Assembly (NCBI RefSeq): GCF_003918875.1
Contig: NW_025767546.1
Coordinates: 1,550,001-1,614,000, forward strand
Source: Haliotis rubra
Taxonomy: Eukaryota
Length of the DNA: 64,000 nt
Direction of reading: 5' to 3'
The notes under the pieces were generated by a model that saw only the letters and a list, made by a program, of their open reading frames with translations, ran no database searches and was not told the origin of the DNA. A program made the position numbers and the translations under genes. Each line of letters opens with the position of its first letter. Position 1 is the first letter of the stretch. Positions 35,934 to 48,588 of the stretch are shown here, in pieces.

Positions 35934-37753
35934 AAAGAACTGATGTCCGACCGTGGCAATAATGACCTCATGCTGCTTCAGATAACTCCCAGACTTCAGA
36001 TATTTTACAGGCGGTTCAAAAGACTTGTCACATTAATCATCTATACAGCTACCTAACACAAAATATACCGAGAGAAAATAAAAACTTCTCAATTCATCAA
36101 GGTTACCTGATCTCAATCCAATCAAGCACACCTGGGTTGCTCTGGTGGTGGTGTGTGATGTGGTGTGTGTGCCCTGTTTAGAATCTGGAAAACCGTTAAC
36201 AGCAACGTAAACTCACTCACGACCGATACTAACAGTTTAAATTTATTGCTGCTATATCTATTTGAGTGTCACTGTGCTTTATATAGTGAGGCCCCTCAAT
36301 TTTATCACGTTTGGCTTTCAGTTGAAGATATCTTGAGTTTGCGAAATAATGTAAAAATCACATACTGCACTGGTGGTTAGTAAACAAAAGTACTTCCTAC
36401 ATGGTCTGTTTTTATATCTAATTGGTCTAATTGTTTTCAAATTAATATTTTATTTAACTGCTAATACACATAACTGCTATGCACATTATCTTCGAAAAAT
36501 CGATACATTTGCTTTTTCCGTTTTAAATATGCATGGGTCATATGGCTACGAAGCAATTTATTCTCACACAAAATCACCCAAACACAGATTACTTATTACA
36601 AGCCGTTACATGAATGCGTGATGGTTAAACACATATTCTGGTATAAATGTAGAACGTCACTCACGGCCAGTGCAGAGGAATGCCCAGTCTTGGTTATCCT
36701 GAAAAAATAAATCACGCTAGGTGTAAAGGAAAAATGCTCCGAAACTTTTACGAAATGATGATTCAAACACACGACAAACTACATGTAACTCGGTTTCCTT
36801 TCTTTGCCCCTTAGTTTGTTTGAATATATTTATCATATTTATTAAAATTAAAGTATGGACTGTTTATATGACTTGACCTTATAGAAAAGTAAATTTGACA
36901 AGATCTTCGTAGCGTTTATTTTGCTTTTACTGTCACTATTTCAATGCCTTTTACGGGACTGGAAACTGGGCATTTTCAATCGAATATTTCACATAATCCT
37001 CTTCTGTTGTTTTATTTGCATGGTAATTGGAAACAGTAAATTGATAGCCTAGGGATTGATTGTGGATCCATCGTGTTGTCAAGGCGTTGTGTAGCAATGG
37101 TCCTATACAGTAAACGTATTGGATAGAAACATGAACGATAAGCGAATGATACAAAGAACGTTTAGATTGTAGCTGTCAAAACGTTTCACCTGGTAGTGCT
37201 TGTGTCATTATCTAACTGCAATGTCCGAAAGGGAAGGACTGCGGTATATAATTGTTTGGTCAAAATGTAGTTGACAGGTGTTGCGGAATCTGCTAATATG
37301 GCCATCAAGGGGGGACCATCGACAAGTGTGAATAATCCTTCCAGTTATCTCTCATCATGTCACGGCACGTGTTCTTCGGAACTCGTCAGTTGGACAACGA
37401 CAGACGCCGTTACAACTTACCTGCCATCACACATGCTGGTGAGATGAAATCAGAAAGACAAGCTGATAGATACACAAACACCAGAGACTACAGGAGATTA
37501 TCGCCTCTTATCTTCACTGAGAGGCACTCAGGTGTGAACTGAATTCACGAGCGTGTGACGTCATGGCAAATGTCACGGCGTGTCATATGTCGCGTGCCTC
37601 ATTACTGGTGAACGAACTCACGCGCGTTTACTGTAGCTGGTCGAGGTAATAAATATGCTGTATTCAGACTGGGAGGCCATATCTCCACAGACATCAGACC
37701 AGTGCACCTTTCTGACTGATATCTTCTGGACCCTGAAAATCGAAGCCTTCAGT

Positions 37754-40013
37754 ATGAACTCGAACAACGCCCAGTACGAGAGTATGCTTTCCCTGGATAG
37801 TTTAGAGTCACGAGGTAAGTTCTTTATATGTATGAGATTCGAGCTGAATGTGAAAAACACACAGTTTACTTTAATACAATAATAGTTGAAGTCAATTACG
37901 AAAAATATTTAATGCAATACCGTTAACGTAAAATGATAGATCACGGTTTGACTTCGAGAAGAATGTGTGTCAACATGATTGTTTACTTGTTAATATATAC
38001 AGTTCATAAGAAAACGGTTTATCGGTGTGTATCATGTTGTACAATCAATTGATCAGTCGTAAGCTCTGGGGTTCGGATCACTGTTTGGAAAATAATTTAC
38101 ATTTTTTTATTTCTTCACCGATTCCGTTCAAATTTGAAATATATGTTAACCATAACATATAAAAACAATATATGACTGCAAAAATCTACATATTTGTTTT
38201 AAAAATTATTGTCCAAACAGTGATTCGAACCCTGTGGTCGTAGGCGGCACCATGTCTTGTATCTAATTCCTTGTTTCCTGTCTCAGATTCCCGGAACCGG
38301 CGCCGTATTACCTACAGAGTCAACGACGCTTACTCCTCCACCGATGAATCGGAGTCAGATGGTGAGTGGGAGGTTTCTCACTGAATCAATATATAATGTT
38401 TTATTTCATGTCTAGTACCTGATCAGTCTGTATTTCTGACACAAATGGATCTAATCCGCACAATGCCCCTTTCGTTCCTGTGCTTTAATTGAGTTAAAGG
38501 AAAAAGGTGTTTGAAACGTACAATCTTTAAATAAATCAAAGATACATTTGGGTTTTAATACAAGTCATTTATTTTTCAGGGTCATCAGCCACGTCTGGTT
38601 ATAGTTCCCGAGCTACCAGTCCGCATGACCTGAGCGACGTTGACGACGGTGAAGACGGTGTGGTGTTTGAGAGCACTAAACCGCTAATCCACACACTTGA
38701 GTACATCCTCTGCGTGCAGGAGATGTGTGACGTCACATTCCTTGCTGGCAAAAAGAAAGAACCAGTTTATGGACTTCAGGCGGTCATGGGTTCAAGGTCA
38801 AGGTGAGTCTCAAGGAAGCCAATATATCATTTGCCGTTAATGGGTTAAGTCGAGAGTACATAGTCCTCCTCCTCTTCCTCATATGTAATTACATAGGTAA
38901 TATCGAAGGATATAATATCAGTAATGTCATATTTCTTATTTATTCGTATTTGATTGCAGATACTTCTATCAACTGTTCCTATCAAAGAAGAAAACGCTCA
39001 ATGGTAAATCTAAAGAGGAAAAGAAGGGCTTTTTCTCTTTCTTCAAGAAAAAGGCAAAGAAAACGGAATCCGTGCCTGCCAATCAAGCCTGCAACACCGG
39101 AGACAACAACATCACCATCGCCGTCCCCGACTACGACCACGAGGTACTCAGGAGGGTTGTCTCATTCGTTCACCTAGGTCACGTGACAGTGACGACCGAC
39201 ACAGTCATAGGTAAGTGCCGTGTGACAGTCTGGTATGGTCATCCCAGTCAGTATGACTGTAGAGAGATATCCATAAATTGGTTTCATTATGCAAGGAGAG
39301 GACTGAAAGGCGCTCTTCCCAACCCCGTTCACTTCTTGTGAATTATATGTTTAAAACAATTTGTTGCTCATAATTTGCGACACACGAGAGAAATACGGAA
39401 GTCAGACGTTATGGCGTACAATGAATTGCCTTTAGGATGCACAACTGAATAAATGCATGGGAGAAGCGTATATAATGTTCATAAAGTTTTAAGCAAAATT
39501 TCGCCAAATATTGGAGTATAACCGACATCCCCGTTAAATAATAATGATTTTTATCAAAGAAACCTTTCTCCTGTACCACCGTTGGTTCTTTTTGAGAAAT
39601 GAATTGAACTGTATACTACACGTGTCTATACTCTCTGAAGGCGTTTATGTATGGACCACATGTTATTGGAATATCGCATCGATTGTATAACACCGATTTC
39701 TCCTTTAGGTTTGATATGTGCTGCTACTGAGTTCCATCTGGACGATCTGCGCAAGGCCTGCTGGGAGTTCGTGGACGCATGCATGGAAGCCGACACAATT
39801 CCTGAACTTCTCAAGTCTGGTGCTATGTATAGAAAACGGCCACAAGTGAAACTGTTTCTTCAGATGGTGAGTAACTAGCATCTAGTAGCAGCTGGTGTAA
39901 CCGATAGAAGATAATAATCGATATCTCAGTAAATTGACAAGAACACGTCTTCCCTATATTTTGTACAGTCTAACCCGTTCTATTTTGTTTTACAGATATC
40001 CAAGATGCGATAG
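37754..40013 (+). CDS. BTB/POZ-domain protein, serine-enriched protein (gprs)-like, short form (~261 aa; 294 aa if ATG 37655 is used)
   Basis: Exons 37754-37814, 38287-38361, 38580-38802, 38960-39210, 39709-39866, 39996-40013 (786 nt, all GT-AG, in frame). FESTKPL..TLEYIL...EMCDVTFLAGKKKEPVYGLQAVMGSRSRYF..VPDYDHEVLRRVVSFVHLGHV..GLICAATEFHLDDLRKACWEF is a BTB domain of this family. AATAAA near 40093. Confidence 0.85.
38066..38236. mobile_element. TIR MITE in BTB-gene intron 1
   Basis: GGGTTCGGATCACTGTTTGGAAAATAAT / ATTATTGTCCAAACAGTGATTCGAACCC. Confidence 0.78.
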
Positions 40014-42227
40014 TATCCAGAAGATCTCCCCGTGCTATTCCTCGCGTGACCGATGTCACCTAGTGCTCAAATTGTACATATTACTGGAATGAAATAAATT
40101 GATGAATGTAGAAACCTATTGGTGTTGTCTTCTGCCAGTATCTCAGGGAACTATGACCCGATCAGGTGGGCGATATCCCAAAAGCCACTGCCGAGCTACA
40201 TGCTTATAACCAATACCAAAAAAAGGTTTAAGAAATGTTAACTTCATTTGCTTGATGTTGACAAACATCATGATTCATCGTATCCAACACCGCAACTCAT
40301 GAATGCATATCATATCGGCCTGCAACTACAACAATTGTGTCTACTTCTAGGCCATGTAAGGTGATATTCAGTGTTTAGAGATTGACGATATCGTTTTCAA
40401 AATATGCGTTTAGCTCCCCGTATAGTGCACGTTATTCTTTTATCATGTACCTTTCCATTCTCGACCTGACAAACACACTGAATGAACGTTATTCACCGCA
40501 ACGAACACGAAACTAATGCGGGATCTTGTCTCAATATGCTGTTTATTCAGGGCACATAGGTTGTGGCTCTTCATGATCAAATGATGCATCAGCTGAACGT
40601 ATACATGTGGAAATATAACAATGTGTAATCCTATTGTATCTCAGTAGGTCAATTATTTCACCCATCGCCCTTATTTATATGATCTTTAATCAGTTACCTC
40701 AACTATACAGAGGAATGAGTCGGTCAGAGGACGGGTCATTTACCACAACAGGTAAATGTCATACCTACTTCACATTATTCCTTCTCACATGCATGCAATT
40801 AAATGTATCTAATATATATGTCATTAGTTTGTTTAAACGTTAAAGAACTCTGCCTGAGGGGTGAATAATTTCTTTATTTCGATCTTGTCGAAGTCGTTGA
40901 ATTTCCAAATTACCACTCCCACTGAATCATTCAAACTTGTTGTAACAATTAAACAACACTGTGAAGTCATGTTGAGGTGTTAGATGGCAATGAGAGCATA
41001 TCAGATTTTATCCACCATATTGTTGCTGTGTTCTCTCCCTTCCTTAGGTTGCTTTTCAGCAACCATTAGTCATCCATACCAGAGCATGGGACATTAGAGC
41101 CGTGACATGATACCAACACAATCAGTTTCATGTGATAGATCCAATGATATAGTTCTTAAACAACAGGAATGGAGCTTAGTCATGACAATTCTTGGAAACT
41201 GCTGGTATGATAGGAACGTCGATGGCTTCCTGTCAGTATCTGGCGGTGATGTGGTACAGATGTATTTAGGCCATCAGTTGAAAATACATCACGCAGAATA
41301 CATATTTTCAGAACGATTTAATTTAAAATCACGCCAATTTTGTGGTTTCTAGAGGTTTCTGGTGTAAACATCCCATTTAAACACATTACACTTTAAGTCA
41401 ACGTATACTTTACTGATACCATGTCAATGGTATTATTATCGTATGCCTCCTCGTCGGCTATAATGGTTGATGACCGTGACTAAATGGTTGCAGTTCAATT
41501 TCTTTTGCATCATTCCACTGAATGGAACAACGACAGGACGCAGCATCACGTCACTATATCACTCGTCAGTTGTCCAACCACAATATCCAAATCAGTTCAC
41601 ATGTCATGAACGTGTTGCCCCTCTGTATGAAACTACCGCCCCCTTACCGATCATGGTCAAGAACTGATGCCCTGGGATACCAGTCGCCGCAAACTCCCCA
41701 ACAACGTTTTCCGCCACTGTGAATGGGAGATTGCAAACCTTCATTCGATGGTAAACATGGTGAAGCCCACAGCTCGCTTCGTCCACCTAAACGCCTATAT
41801 ATGTCGCCTGTGATAAGCATAACAAGTGCTGGACACCTTTCTTCAGACTGGTTACATAGAACCGGTTTTTAACGGTAGGTTTAGAAATTCACACCCCTGT
41901 GGTTGTACGGAATTTTCCATTGGTAACGGGAGCAGATCTTAATTTGTTGTGTCGTGAAAGTAATGTAATTTAACGCAGTGAGACGATATCTCGTCTTGGT
42001 GTTGTTTTAGGCTTTCCACGGCAACTACATCCCTTTGAACCCCCCACTCAGGACTCACATCGGACTCCAGGTTTCCTCCCACTGTAAGCTGACACGTCCC
42101 GATATAACTGACTTCCTAACTAAAGCAGTGTCAGACCCAATTCATGATAAATCATTGTTTCAAAGCACGTGCACGTGATAGTTTATCCGACTTGCAATTA
42201 AAGCATATGCACCAACTCTCCACCCTC

Positions 42228-42425
42228 CGCTAAGATCCGGGTTATAATGGATTTCAGCAACCCATGACCAAGCTTGTTGTAACAGGAGTGGTGGGTCAGG
42301 CTCTCTGACTTGGATGATGTAGGGCACCGTATCACCATTACAGATATGGATAGTCCCGTCACTCGCCCTGTACGACAAGCTATAGGTTTGCTGAAGACCA
42401 ATCCTAACCCGGCGTAGCAGCCCAG
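42228..42425. mobile_element. Rearranged SINE family B remnant with an inverted end
   Basis: AAGATCCGGGTTA..TTCAGCAACCCATG..GGGTCAGGCTCTCTGACTTGG, then inverted GGTTTGCTGAAGACCAATCCTAACCCGG. Confidence 0.55.
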
Positions 42426-43846
42426 AATACACACACCCCCCATCCCCACCCCCACCAGATTATACCCCGGGGTAAACTATAGGCTAGCCCAGTTTATACC
42501 CCGGGGGTATATTCTGGACCAGGCCAAAATATACCCCTCCAGCCAAGACTATACCCCTAAAAAATTATGTTGACAATTCACTCAATATGAGTGTGTGACT
42601 CGGGCAATGGTCTTGATGTCAGTTAAAGGAATTTGTAGGTGCTTTTCATTTACATTACTGCATTATAAATTTTTATTAAGTATTTGTTGAGTGCCTCTCT
42701 GCAATATGATATTTTCGACTTTGCGTAACCCAGCCAAGCTGATATATCAAGGTTAGTAGTTAGTTATTTGCTTTATTTAGCGTCGCACACACAACTAAGG
42801 TATTTCGACAACGGGGTTGTACAAAATGAACAGATTAACTACGGGCACACTCTACTCATCAATCTAATTAGAGCTGTACCATTATGGAGGTGGGTGTTGT
42901 CTTAATTAATACCCTACTCCACTGTCTAACAACTGGCTGTCTAACTAATGGGAGATAACCGGTGTGAGAAGGGGCTGGTGTGAGTAGGGGCTGGTGATGG
43001 TGTGAGTAGGCGTGTCTCGCACAGTCAGTCAGCTATTAATACAACGCCAAGTCCAATCCACTGTTTGCATACAGAACTGATTATCAAGGTTGTTTTATAA
43101 CGAGGCGTGTCTCACTGAGACTGTCAGGTAATTTTAAAATGCAAAATCCAAACCCTGTTTGCATAAGTTAAATGCACAAAGAAGATCAAATCCTTCCACT
43201 TTCATTTTCAAGCATGAAGGAACCAGTGGCCATGTGTGGTGTTTTAGGTAGGTGTATGTCTAGTTTGGTTCTTTGTGATCACCCTAATTGATTTATTATC
43301 AATGTTATCACATCAAATGTATAAATTTTGTTCCAGAATTATTTGGAATGTATTATGTTATAAAGCCATACACAAATTCCAAATTATGTTTGTAAACATG
43401 ATTTGATGACACTGTTGTCTCAAACCAAATGCGCAGTAACGGACTTGTTCTGTGTTGCATGTAACGTTTTACTGAAGATACATAGGTGATAAACGTTTCA
43501 TACGGACACACGTGAAAACTACATAGACGATGCTTAACTGACCATGTATTTAAGTGAGAGTGGACATTATGCTAAATGTCAGAGCAATGTTCCAGCTTCT
43601 GGAAACTGTGACTCTTGTCTCTTCGATGTTTCTGCCAGAACCAAATCCATAGCTTACAACAACACATCTGTTTCCATGCCAGAATACATACAGAATAAAC
43701 GCTTATCACTGTCTCCCCCAGGCCTGGATTGATAACCTTTTCAATGTTTCACGACTTGAGTTGTTTGAGATGTGGCAGTTATTTGTAGCATAAAGCTGTT
43801 AGATGTTTAGATCATTACCCTTATATATATGACAGAAGAACGTATA

Positions 43847-43991
43847 AAATTATTCTTAGACTACATTCCACGATCTGAACAATGAATACCGGGGAGGTAT
43901 ATATCATCCCATGTATTATTCTTAGACTACATTCCACGATCTGAACAATGAATACTGTGGAGGTATATATCATCCCATGTATTATTCTTAG
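43847..43991. repeat. ~65-bp tandem duplication abutting a hAT-like end (TAGGGCTGTGTATTGGC)
   Basis: ATTATTCTTAGACTACATTCCACGATCTGAACAATGAATAC occurs twice. Confidence 0.7.
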
Positions 43992-44493
43992 GGCTGTGTA
44001 TTGGCAAATAAATTGTATTGCAATATATTACGATTCAGGTACCCGTATTGCGATAGGCATTGCGATATATTGGGAACTTAAGTGTTTGACAGTGAGTGGC
44101 ACTAATTGTGCATGTCAATCCTATTTTCTTCATTACCCTTAAACATACATGTTATGGTTCTGATAACAGCAATCTCAAAATTAGGTTGCATAGTCAGGGT
44201 TTCTGTCTTGTAATACAATTTATGGTATGCTCCTCACAAAAAGTTAAGCAACACAAATTTTTAGTCTCATTACATTTTCATTTATTGAAATTGCAAATCA
44301 TGGAATGATGCAATAGAAAGGTGAAACATATGTACACACGATTAACAAAATTAAATGAAATGGTATTGAGCAATAATAGTCTAACAAGTCATCAAAAGCA
44401 TGTACCCGTGAAACAGTCGTGCAAAATGTGTTGCACTGATGGAGCAAATGTTAGCATGAAGGTTCAAGTCAGTTTTGGACAGTGAAGCAGTGT

Positions 44494-44856
44494 TCAGTAA
44501 CGCGTATCACCACCATGAGCACAAATGCAAGCTTCTTCACGTCTTTGCATGAGCCTTTAAAGTTGCTGTAGTGGAATGTTCTGCCATTCTCTCTGTAACA
44601 CCTGCTCAAGGCCATCCACAGTGTGGGGGTGAACATGGAGACCGTAAACACGACTTCCAGTCACGTCCCAAGCATGTTCAATGATAATTAAGATCAACCG
44701 ACCTTGCAGGCCAGTCCATATGTGTGATGTTGTTGATCTAAACAACATCGTTAACAACTCATTCTCAGGCATTATCATCCAGGGACTGTCATTATCATCC
44801 ATAAAATGAAGCTAGGACCCGCTTGTTGTACCAGAGGAATGATTACAGGTAGGTAT
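44494..44856 (-). pseudogene. Decayed Tc1/mariner transposase, C-terminal DDE half
   Basis: Frameshifted reading LPVIIPLVQQAGPSFI/FMDDN..IEHAWD..TVDGLEQVLQREWQNIP../MQRREEACICAHGGDTRY*, matching Tc1 FMDDNARPH, IEHAWD and GGHTRY motifs. Confidence 0.8.
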
Positions 44857-47800
44857 ACACCGATCAGGGTGCATGTGTGAAGAGTGGAGCACGTTCATGC
44901 CACACATTTTGCATGTTGTTTCTGAGGGTGGGTGTGTTCGGGTGATGTACTGAATGTTATCAGATAAATCAATTTGAAGGTCACTAAAGGTTATGTATTC
45001 TTTGAATATTTACCTTTCAGTAACGTGTCGGAGAGCGGAAGGTCGCGGGTTCGATCCCCGACCACGTCATACCAAAAGACGTTAAAATATGGTACTTGTT
45101 GGTCCCTGTCTGGCGCTCGGCATTAATGGGTACAACAAGGACTGGTCGGCTCGGAGTCAGTATAATGTGTCTGAGTGGGGTATTCATGCTTCACTGCGGC
45201 ATGGTATCTCAGTGGGCTAGCACTATAAAACCAGACTAAAGTCTGGGCTAGTACAAGCAGCCGCACATACACATACACACGCATGCACGTCGTCATATGA
45301 GCGAAATATTCTCAAGCACGACGTTAAACCCAATTTCACTTCACCTCACCTCACCTTCAGTAACGTGTCGGCAAAAATCGTTATCGAGATTGATAAAGAT
45401 ATACTAATGAAAATACTTAATGTTTTGTGAGGAGTATTACAAAATGCCGTTTTATCATTGAATAACGAAGGAAAACGTTTGTTGTGAATGAAAGTATGTG
45501 TAGATTTTAATTTAAACCATAACGATAATTACAAAAACTTAATATATATGTTCTTTACCCAAAATACCGATTCTCAGAAAAATATTACAATACATATCGT
45601 TTGAAAAGCGTACTGCGATATATCGGTGTACCTGTAATACTGTGCAGTCCTACTTATTCCCACATATGCTGTTTCATCAATATGCATCATAGTTGGGAAC
45701 TCTTTCTTTTGCCTAATAGCGGTGACAGTGTTGGCACTGGCAGCCACCACTACATTAGCGGTCTCAACTACAACTAGCATCGACACGACTTCATCGGGGA
45801 CCGACCCAACTAGATTGAAGAGAGACACAACTACATCAGAGAGAGACACGACTACATCGGGTACTGATGAAACTACACCAGGCAGCGACAGCACTACATT
45901 GGCGAACGACAAAACGACATCAGAGAGAGACACGACTACATCGGGTACTGATGAAACTACGGCAGGCAGCGACAGCACTACATTGGCGAACGACACAACG
46001 ACATCAGACAGCGACCAAACTACAGGGAACGACACAATTAGCAGTACAAGAAGTGATGGCAACTTGTACTTAGGTGAATTATAATATCATTCAATTCCTA
46101 ATTTTGAAGCGGGTACCAACAATAAAGGATATCAAACACTTTGGTAATGAAAGATGATACTTTACTTGTAATTCGGATAAAAGAAGGGCAGATCATGTAG
46201 ATTCTGGATATTGGGTACACAACTATAGGGCACACGTTTGTTTGATTTGGAAAATAATGACATATCTTCGTATTTGTCACATGAAAGCTGGGCGCGCGCC
46301 AACTTGCGATATGCGAGACGGGGTCCAGCTTACTTCCGGTACCAGAGTTCCGGTGTCAAGCGTATATTCAAGGACCTGGGTCCCGTTCCTCAAAGCGATC
46401 GTATCGCTACGACAGTCGTAAGTCTATGTTAAAGTATGGGAGTTACGATCATCTTAACGCTACGACTGTCGTAAGTCTATGTTAAATTATGGGAGTTACG
46501 ATCATCTTAGCGCTACGACGGTCGTAAGTCTATGTTAAAGTATGGGAGTTACGATCATCTTAGCGCTACGACTGTCGTAAGTCTATGTTAAAGTATGGGA
46601 GTTACGATCATCTTAGCGCTACGACTGTCGTAAGTCTATGTTAAAGTATGGGAGTTACGATCATCTTAGCGCTACGATCGCTTTGTGGATCGGGGCCCAG
46701 TTCTGGTTCCAAATTGCGCGACCGCCAACTATGACTTTACAAGGCCGGACCAAGTTAGAACCATGCCTGGCTGTCACAGCTGTTTACAGTTGCAATAGTT
46801 AGCTAATTTGGGGATGGTTAGATCGGAAATGTGTTGTTCCTGCAAGGGTTATCGGTTCCTTACTGTCAGCTGACAACCATGACACCATTCGAAAAGGTAT
46901 GAAACGTTGTTTGTCACCGGAAGTACTAAGGTCTCGCGAAGTGCCGTGACCTACTTAGGGGCCCTAGTCCAGCAGCTCCAGCATTGATGGCTGAATGTCA
47001 CCAGGGTTCTGATTGTACACTAGAGCATGCTCATGCGCCCTACGAACCTTTTAAAAAATGTTTGATCAGTGTTTCAGTATTCTAGGCCTGAGTCAGGTTT
47101 CCAAAATGTTTAATGGTAGATAAGTGGACAACCTGCCTGAGGTTGATCCATCTACAGAAATCGTGTTCAGTGCAATTCTTCCATGTGACCTGTTAGAAAT
47201 GTTCCAGTGATTTGTGAAGAACTGACTTGCTTGGTGTGTTTGTGCAGTGTTCTACAGGTACATGTAGAGCAGGATACGTTCACCTTTTCAAGAACACCTG
47301 GAACATAGTGATACTTGAGCATGTGCTTCTGGTCACAGGGGCGTGTCACGCTTAGAGTGAGTTTAGTTTTACGCCGCACTCAGCAATATTCCAGCTATAT
47401 GACGGCGTCACGCTTAGAAACAGCGTTAGAAAGACATATAGGTATATAGACCCTACCCTAGTGCTATGTAAAAGGATCCTTTTATATAGTACTAGGGTAG
47501 GGTCTATATACCTATATGTCTTTCTAACGCTGTTTTTAAGCGTGACACGCGCCTGTGCTTCTGGTGTTGTCAAAATCAAACAATGGATTCTGCCTTTAGC
47601 AGATATTATGGAAATGGTCGTGTCCTATGTTTTCATGAGATTCTGTCAAAACCACTTATCCTCTCAACACTACAACATCCCATGACGACCGGAAACGCTT
47701 CAAATGCTGTGCGCTTATCTACAACCTACATCTCACTGCTCTCACTGAAGCTGAAACAGGGACACTGTTCCAATCGGCGCTATATATACCCTACTCACTT

Positions 47801-48209
47801 ATTCACTAGTTAATTTGACTTAAGCTAGGCATTTTACCCGTTCCTTTAAATGTCAAGCTGATATGACATGATACAACTTGGACGCTGTTCCAAGCAGAGC
47901 TGAACCCAACTCACCCTCTCACTCTTGAGTTAACGTCCCGGGTGTCATGTTTAGTTGTATTCATGGCCATGCATCTACTCCCTCCACATGTACATGCATA
48001 TTTTAAAATTCCTTACCACTGTTTTATTTTTCCTAGAAAACGGATCGCCCAAAAAGGCTGTGTCTGTTCTTGTGTACGTGACAGCGCTCCTACTGGCTGT
48101 GACTTTAAACTGTCAACCCACCTCCCCGGGAAGGCTGATAGGACCAGCTGATGTTGTCATGGCGGGATCGTCCACAGAGGGTTTGGCCTCATCGTGTAGA
48201 GACGGTTGA
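44806..48209 (+). CDS. Small Thr/Ser/Asp-rich mucin-like protein with signal-peptide-like N-terminus and C-terminal hydrophobic segment (~189 aa); first exon uncertain
   Basis: Exons 45720-46073 (AVTVLALAATTTLA-VSTTTS..DTTTSGTDETT repeats) and 48037-48209 (ENGSPKKAVSVLVYVTALLLAVTLN..*) have strong acceptors and phase-1 junctions. Candidate first exon is 44806-44848 (total 570 nt, in frame) or 41856-41874. Confidence 0.55.
45032..45355 (+). mobile_element. SINE family C, 5'-truncated
   Basis: 16-bp TSD TTCAGTAACGTGTCGG at 45016-45031 and 45356-45371. Confidence 0.9.
46376..46700. mobile_element. Palindromic MITE with an internal 53-bp unit amplified 5 times
   Basis: Ends CTGGGTCCCGTTCCTCAAAGCGATCGTA / TACGATCGCTTTGTGGATCGGGGCCCAG; unit TACGACTGTCGTAAGTCTATGTTAAAGTATGGGAGTTACGATCATCTTAGCGC. 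Confidence 0.82.
47341..47551. repeat. Spacer-less ~140-bp palindrome centred on GGATCC (47474-47479), with a SINE tail (47357-47406) inserted in the left arm
   Basis: 47407-47476 is the reverse complement of 47477-47546 with few mismatches; TSD GTCACGCTTAGA at 47345-47356 and 47407-47418. Confidence 0.85.
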
Positions 48210-48450
48210 TCTGACTGCACTTGTTTTATAAACAAACTTAATATGGCGTTACACGAACGATTGACATGATATAATTTATATACTGTTATACGTAATGACA
48301 TTATAAATATATTGATTCTCCCCTGCACTCAGTCCCCGATTGCAAGGTTCCCTATTAGTAATTGAAAATGAATTTGGAATTTGAATTCTCTTCAAGTCTT
48401 GATTTATTCCATGTCAAGTACAGGACCGTACTGCCGATACCAGCTACGAC

Positions 48451-48588
48451 TCGTCCTTACCGATACAACATGAAGCACATGAAATACCTGTCCTCTACAC
48501 ACCATGTTCATCTTGTCGTCCTTACCGATACAACATGAAGCACATGAAATACATGTCCTGTACACACCATGTTCAGCTGGTCGTCCTT
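48451..48588. repeat. ~65-bp tandem duplication
   Basis: TCGTCCTTACCGATACAACATGAAGCACATGAAATAC occurs twice. Confidence 0.75.

Noticed and set aside
42456-42560. TATACCCC(GGGG) short inverted repeats as a defined element
   Set aside because: Probably a transposon end, but I could not find its boundaries or a TSD.
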